From a virus (lineage: Duplodnaviria; Caudoviricetes): DNA of 42,338 bases. Positions 38,768 to 42,338 of this stretch are shown one piece after another. Made by a program: the position numbers and the translations under genes. The DNA lies in IMG/VR virus record IMGVR_UViG_3300027406_000005, positions 1 through 42,338 of that record, one strand, 5' to 3'. How positions within the stretch are numbered: the stretch's first letter is position 1; the number at the start of each line of letters is the position of its first letter. Below the pieces are notes generated by a model. That model did no database searches, had not been told where the DNA came from, and worked only from the letters and a program-made list of their open reading frames with translations.

Positions 38768-38796
38768 ATCATAACATAAATTAGGCAGAATGTAAA
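38768..38796 (-). promoter_or_regulatory. Sigma70-like early promoter for gp32
   Basis: TTTACA-17 nt-TATGAT with extended TG. Confidence 0.75.
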
Positions 38797-38799
38797 CCC

Positions 38800-39042
38800 T
38801 TAATCTTCAAAGATTAACATATTCTGCCGAGGTAAGAAGTTCAAATTCATAGCTTCTGCCTCTACTTTCTCAACGATAACACCGTTGAGAAATTTCTTAA
38901 CATCCTCTGGTTCAATATTGTTCTTATCACAGATAAGAAGTATTGCTTCCATATAGGATATTTTTTTCTTGAATACGGCTTTCTCAACAAGAGTTGAGAA
39001 GCCAGATTTATTTAGGAAGTTTGGTTTATCAGGCACTGGCAT
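38800..39042 (-). CDS. gp33: Late transcription co-activator gp33
   Basis: F...VE..V....ISYMEAIL..C..N.IE.E.V.K......EK.EAEA..LNFL; start uncertain (39042, 39081 or 39096). Confidence 0.82.
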   Translation of the reverse strand: MPVPDKPNFLNKSGFSTLVEKAVFKKKISYMEAILLICDKNNIEPEDVKKFLNGVIVEKVEAEAMNLNFLPRQNMLIFED

Positions 39043-39529
39043 AGACAGTGTTTTCTCCGAGATAGATTGTTCCAATATCATTATAAAATACTCCATGAGT
39101 TCGCTTGATCATACCATCTTTATCAAAGGATGGCTTAATGCAACGATATTTAATTTTATGTTCTCCATGCTCACCATAGAACATATCAACAAATACTCCG
39201 TCACGTAAAAACTTTTCCAAGTTACTGACGTACTTCTGACGATTGGCCAATTTACTCTCAGCACCTTTTACATTCTTACGAACTTCTTGTCGTGCTGATG
39301 CAACCAACTCTTTTTGAGTTTTAATCCATTTCTGGACCTTACGGAAGTAAAAGATGTCATCTTCACTACGATTTAATACACTCTCATGAATGTTCTTAAA
39401 GGTAGGCGGATTAGCTGCCATACGTTTCTCACGTGCTTCTGCTAATCTTGCAATAGCTGCTGCTTTATTCTCGGCAGACATTGGTTTACGAGCTTTCTTA
39501 AACTTCTTACGCTTTACTTCTTTAACCAT
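39029..39529 (-). CDS. Conserved basic hypothetical protein
   Basis: 166 aa, GGAG RBS, own promoter; RKPMS.E...A...RLA.AR. Confidence 0.7.
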   Translation of the reverse strand: MVKEVKRKKFKKARKPMSAENKAAAIARLAEAREKRMAANPPTFKNIHESVLNRSEDDIFYFRKVQKWIKTQKELVASARQEVRKNVKGAESKLANRQKYVSNLEKFLRDGVFVDMFYGEHGEHKIKYRCIKPSFDKDGMIKRTHGVFYNDIGTIYLGENTVYASA

Positions 39530-39556
39530 AACAAATCTCCTTCATTTGATATAAGT

Positions 39557-39585
39557 ATTATAACACATCCAATTACAGATGTAAA
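39557..39585 (-). promoter_or_regulatory. Sigma70-like early promoter
   Basis: TTTACA-17 nt-TATAAT with extended TG. Confidence 0.8.
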
Positions 39586-39604
39586 GCATTATTTTCGTTA
39601 TTTT

Positions 39605-39814
39605 TTATTTTTTTTCGTCGAGAAGGATAATTTCAATCTCTTCACCGTCATCAATGTAACGATGTTTTATATATCCTTGCTCGCAGAGATATGTGATTGT
39701 GTCGCCGACTATAACATCTCGTTCGCCAACTCCCCATAGCTTTCCAATCATATAACCAATGAAAGCAGAGCCACCAAAGAATAACCAGTTTATAACTACG
39801 GGATCAATCCACAT
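39605..39814 (-). CDS. Small membrane protein
   Basis: N-terminal hydrophobic helix, AGGAG RBS. Confidence 0.65.
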   Translation of the reverse strand: MWIDPVVINWLFFGGSAFIGYMIGKLWGVGERDVIVGDTITYLCEQGYIKHRYIDDGEEIEIILLDEKK

Positions 39815-39832
39815 ATAATTCTCCTTTAGTGT

Positions 39833-39840
39833 TATTTATA
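39833..39840 (-). promoter_or_regulatory. T4-type late promoter TATAAATA
   Basis: Exact consensus overlapping the upstream stop codon, 18 nt before the ATG of 39605..39814. Confidence 0.6.
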
Positions 39841-40093
39841 CACAGTCAAATGAGACTACATTCTCAACACGGAAAGAGCGCCAGCCCTCAGCATTAATAT
39901 CATAGACAGGAAGAACCTCTTCATTAATATTACGAACCTTTTTCTGTGTGATAGGTTCATCTTTAGTTGCAGCAGGAATAATATCCTCTCGGAGAGTACA
40001 CTGCATATCACGTTCGTCACCATTTACCTTTTTAAAGACAACACGGCAAGTGCTTGTGCTTAACTGTTCAATCATTTCACTTCTAGTAATCAT
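39836..40093 (-). CDS. DUF2693/WYL-like SH3-barrel protein
   Basis: V.FKKVNGDER.M.CTL, V.D....GWRSFR. Start moved to 40093 (ATGA overlap, AGGA RBS). Confidence 0.75.
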   Translation of the reverse strand: MITRSEMIEQLSTSTCRVVFKKVNGDERDMQCTLREDIIPAATKDEPITQKKVRNINEEVLPVYDINAEGWRSFRVENVVSFDCV

Positions 40094-40323
40094 ACGTTTT
40101 TCCTTTCTATAACATATGCGCCTTCCGGCAGAGTCCATGCTTGCATTAACTTATAGTACATACCTGCATTCATGGCAATTAAATCAAATCTGTGTCGGTA
40201 ATCATTCCACTGACGAATATATACTCTATCATCCCACATCAGAATACCAACATCTTCAAGTTCGCCTTCCTCATCTAGGATAGTAATGATAGTTTCGTCT
40301 TCCTCATGTTCTATCGTAAACAT
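40090..40323 (-). CDS. Hypothetical protein
   Basis: 77 aa, TAATG and ATGA coupling to its neighbours. Confidence 0.7.
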   Translation of the reverse strand: MFTIEHEEDETIITILDEEGELEDVGILMWDDRVYIRQWNDYRHRFDLIAMNAGMYYKLMQAWTLPEGAYVIERKNV

Positions 40324-40652
40324 TAACGGCGCATATTTGCTATAGCAACAGCATCCTCTTTACGAGTAATAGGAACACCATTAGACTTATGCATCTGACC
40401 AATACCGATAATATAATCACCAGTATATTGTGTGGCATCTTTCTTAGTACCATTACCAGCAACCTTATCAGAAGTCATTCTAGGACCAGTGTTATAATTT
40501 GGAATAGAATTACCAGCATCAGCCTTAACTTTACCAACACCCATCTTTTTTAGAAAGGCTTCATGGTCAGCTGCACGTTGTTTCCAACCTGGTGCTTTTT
40601 TCTTCTTAGATTTACCATGGACCTGAACGCCCTGTATCATGTGCATACTCAT
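40323..40652 (-). CDS. Hypothetical protein conserved in T4-like phages
   Basis: YTG....GIGQMHKSN.VP motif. Start moved to 40652 (GGAG RBS). Confidence 0.72.
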   Translation of the reverse strand: MSMHMIQGVQVHGKSKKKKAPGWKQRAADHEAFLKKMGVGKVKADAGNSIPNYNTGPRMTSDKVAGNGTKKDATQYTGDYIIGIGQMHKSNGVPITRKEDAVAIANMRR

Positions 40653-40674
40653 ATAAATCTCCAAACTATTTAAA

Positions 40675-40899
40675 GTAGCGCCTGAGAAACAACTACAAGG
40701 AAGTGTACTTTTAGGCAATAACCCTTTGATAGAAAGAATGCCCTCCGTACCAGACGCTAGTTAAAATAGTTTTCGTGGGAGAGGCTTACTGCAGAACCTC
40801 TCCCCTTATCTGCATTATCGTTAGCAGCCAACGTCTGGGTTTCTATTCGGTACCAGCTGTCTATACCCACCTATCAGAACTTGTACATGCTTGATAGGT
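40675..40899 (-). ncRNA. Putative structured non-coding RNA or leader
   Basis: Several stems: ACCTATCA/TGATAGGT, CCAGACGTTGG/CTAGCGTCTGG enclosing GGGAGAGG/CCTCTCCC, and two further hairpins. G-U pairs favour the minus strand. Confidence 0.5.
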
Positions 40900-40926
40900 T
40901 TTTCGATAACAATTAACTAAACTAAA

Positions 40927-41196
40927 TTAATCCCAATCGTTATCGAATTTCGTTGTGTGATACAATGTCTCGCCATAATACTCAGCAGCATACTTAGAAG
41001 CATCAGTCCACTGATAAATGTTGTGGGTTTCTTTAGGAGCTTCCACAGACTTACGCTTAGGCTTGATATTAGTATGCTTTACATTTTGCATAGTGCGAGC
41101 AGAGTTGGCTTTGATCTTAGCCATTTTGTTACGGCGATCGCCAATCTTTTTAATTAGGGCCAAACGGTCTGCTTTTTGAGTTGCTGTCATAGTCAT
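40927..41196 (-). CDS. Hypothetical basic protein
   Basis: Start moved to 41196 (GGAG RBS, downstream of the promoter). Confidence 0.68.
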   Translation of the reverse strand: MTMTATQKADRLALIKKIGDRRNKMAKIKANSARTMQNVKHTNIKPKRKSVEAPKETHNIYQWTDASKYAAEYYGETLYHTTKFDNDWD

Positions 41197-41225
41197 ATGT
41201 AATCTCCAATGTTGTTTCTTTAAGT

Positions 41226-41254
41226 AGTATAGCATATAAGAAAGGCGATGTAAA
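41226..41254 (-). promoter_or_regulatory. Sigma70-like early promoter
   Basis: TTTACA-17 nt-TATACT with extended TG; overlapped by an AAAGGCGAT/ATCGCCTTT inverted repeat. Confidence 0.75.
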
Positions 41255-41282
41255 GTATTATTATCGCCTTTTTAAAAGTTTT

Positions 41283-41522
41283 TTATACTTGAGGTCTAAA
41301 ATTGTTAGACATAGTTTCTTCTTGCAACTCTGCACGAATTTCAAGAGCAATTTTATCGAAGTCTTTATAGAAGCCTTCTGTGCTTGCATAAAACTTAAAG
41401 CACTCGTGGTAAGCATCAGCATCTACAAAATTCCAGATGATCTTACCATCGATATCTAAATTTTCTGGGTTAACGATTGCGTTACGGATTGAGTTATTTA
41501 ATGCTGTGATAATCTTTGACAT
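41283..41522 (-). CDS. Hypothetical protein
   Basis: 79 aa, AAGGA RBS, WNFVDAD motif. Confidence 0.7.
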   Translation of the reverse strand: MSKIITALNNSIRNAIVNPENLDIDGKIIWNFVDADAYHECFKFYASTEGFYKDFDKIALEIRAELQEETMSNNFRPQV

Positions 41523-41554
41523 AATGTAGTTCCTTAATTATTGTTTCTATAACT

Positions 41555-41583
41555 CTTATAACACATCTAATACCAGATGTAAA
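41555..41583 (-). promoter_or_regulatory. Sigma70-like early promoter
   Basis: TTTACA-17 nt-TATAAG with extended TG and an AT-rich upstream tract. Confidence 0.65.
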
Positions 41584-41641
41584 CAACTAATTTAACTTTT
41601 TTTAAATTAATTTCAAAAACAGCAAAAGTGTTACAATAATG

Positions 41642-42139
41642 TTACACATAGGATAGAAGCACATCCTCTAACCATTCGACATCATCTTTATTACACTGGA
41701 ACAAGATACCGATACCACCGGCATTTATCCACTCATTGATATTACTAGGCTTATCATCAATTAAGACATTAGGCTTACCAGTAATACGATCAATAGCCCA
41801 GAGATGTTTCTCATGGGTAAAGATAAGTTTTTCAAGATCATGTGGCATACAGCCAGTATCTTCTAACCATTTACGCTTCCAATAAGCAGAGTTATATTCA
41901 TCGCCTCTGAGAGGTGAAGAACAGATACCCCAATCTCCATCTGAGAGACTTTCGACAAGAGCAACTATTTGACCAGTTTCTGGAAATGGTTCTATCTGAT
42001 AAAAGAAATCAGTACAAGCAATATCTGCCAATGTCTTGGTGATATTCTTAATTGATTTCCAATGATCAACATTATAGTTGTCTTCAAGTTTACCAAAAAA
42101 GTCTGCAATGACTCCATCCATATCTAAATATACTGTCAT
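41642..42139 (-). CDS. 5'(3')-deoxyribonucleotidase, HAD family (NT5C-like)
   Basis: YLDMDGVIADF motif I, CSSP, K..W, K, LIDD motif IV. Confidence 0.85.
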   Translation of the reverse strand: MTVYLDMDGVIADFFGKLEDNYNVDHWKSIKNITKTLADIACTDFFYQIEPFPETGQIVALVESLSDGDWGICSSPLRGDEYNSAYWKRKWLEDTGCMPHDLEKLIFTHEKHLWAIDRITGKPNVLIDDKPSNINEWINAGGIGILFQCNKDDVEWLEDVLLSYV

Positions 42140-42140
42140 A

Positions 42141-42332
42141 TTATATCTCCTTCATAGTTATTTGAGAAAACTGATTAGTATCACGTAAACGAGCAAAGTA
42201 TTCTTTAGCATGTCTGTGACTCAGACCAGAAGCGAATTCAACCATTGTGGCTTTACCATCAATATGGTGGTAAGCCTTGACAATCCAATTGTCTGTTGAC
42301 ATTGATTTTTTAAGTGTTTTAAAATCTAACAT
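42141..42332 (-). CDS. Hypothetical protein
   Basis: 63-aa ORF abutting the nucleotidase; start at the window edge is uncertain. Confidence 0.5.
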   Translation of the reverse strand: MLDFKTLKKSMSTDNWIVKAYHHIDGKATMVEFASGLSHRHAKEYFARLRDTNQFSQITMKEI

Positions 42333-42338
42333 ATTATA

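Noticed and set aside
40653-40926. Canonical tmRNA or tRNA gene
   Set aside because: No acceptor stem with G-U pair, T-arm or correctly placed CCA was recognised. It is kept only as an unexplained structured RNA.
41590-41612. Possible CtrA box (TTAA-N7-TTAA)
   Set aside because: The TTAA half-sites are spaced 6 nt and 1 nt, not 7. This is more likely an AT-rich UP element.
1-42338. Stop-codon reassignment, introns or homing endonucleases
   Set aside because: TAA, TGA and TAG all end full-length conserved genes, coding density is high in the standard code, and no interrupted core gene or endonuclease other than gp4 was seen.

Overview
This window is a fragment of an AT-rich T4-like myovirus genome, probably marine (inferred from gene content). 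It has four blocks. (1) 1-11.3 kb, + strand: a tightly coupled 14-gene modification cluster with four radical SAM enzymes, two stand-alone Cys-rich SPASM/twitch-like partners, a QueC-like PP-loop ATPase, a DegT aminotransferase, an SGNH protein, a NodU/CmcH carbamoyltransferase and 3-4 glycosyltransferases, one fused to a methyltransferase-like domain. (2) 11.3-33.1 kb, - strand: fibre and baseplate genes (VrlC/DUF4815-like, gp8, gp9, gp7, gp6, gp25, a three-gene gp5 locus, gp27-like, gp53, gp48). (3) 33.2-37.8 kb, + strand: gp4, gp2, gp54-like, gp26, gp51-like and a tape measure gene. (4) 37.8-42.3 kb, - strand: gp32, gp33, small early genes and a HAD nucleotidase. T4 late promoters (TATAAATA), sigma70-like early promoters and a UUCG terminator are visible. 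The main leads are: a D-S-D tripeptide confined to five outer baseplate/fibre proteins next to the glycosylation cluster, which may be a sequon for virion modification; a U-UUU-UUC -1 frameshift site that would join gp26 to a start-less gp51-like frame upstream of the tape measure gene; a structured ~230-nt intergenic RNA enclosing an AANDN (ssrA-tag-like) micro-ORF; and a split gp5 locus carrying several cell-wall hydrolase folds. All family calls come from motif recognition by eye; no database searches were run.
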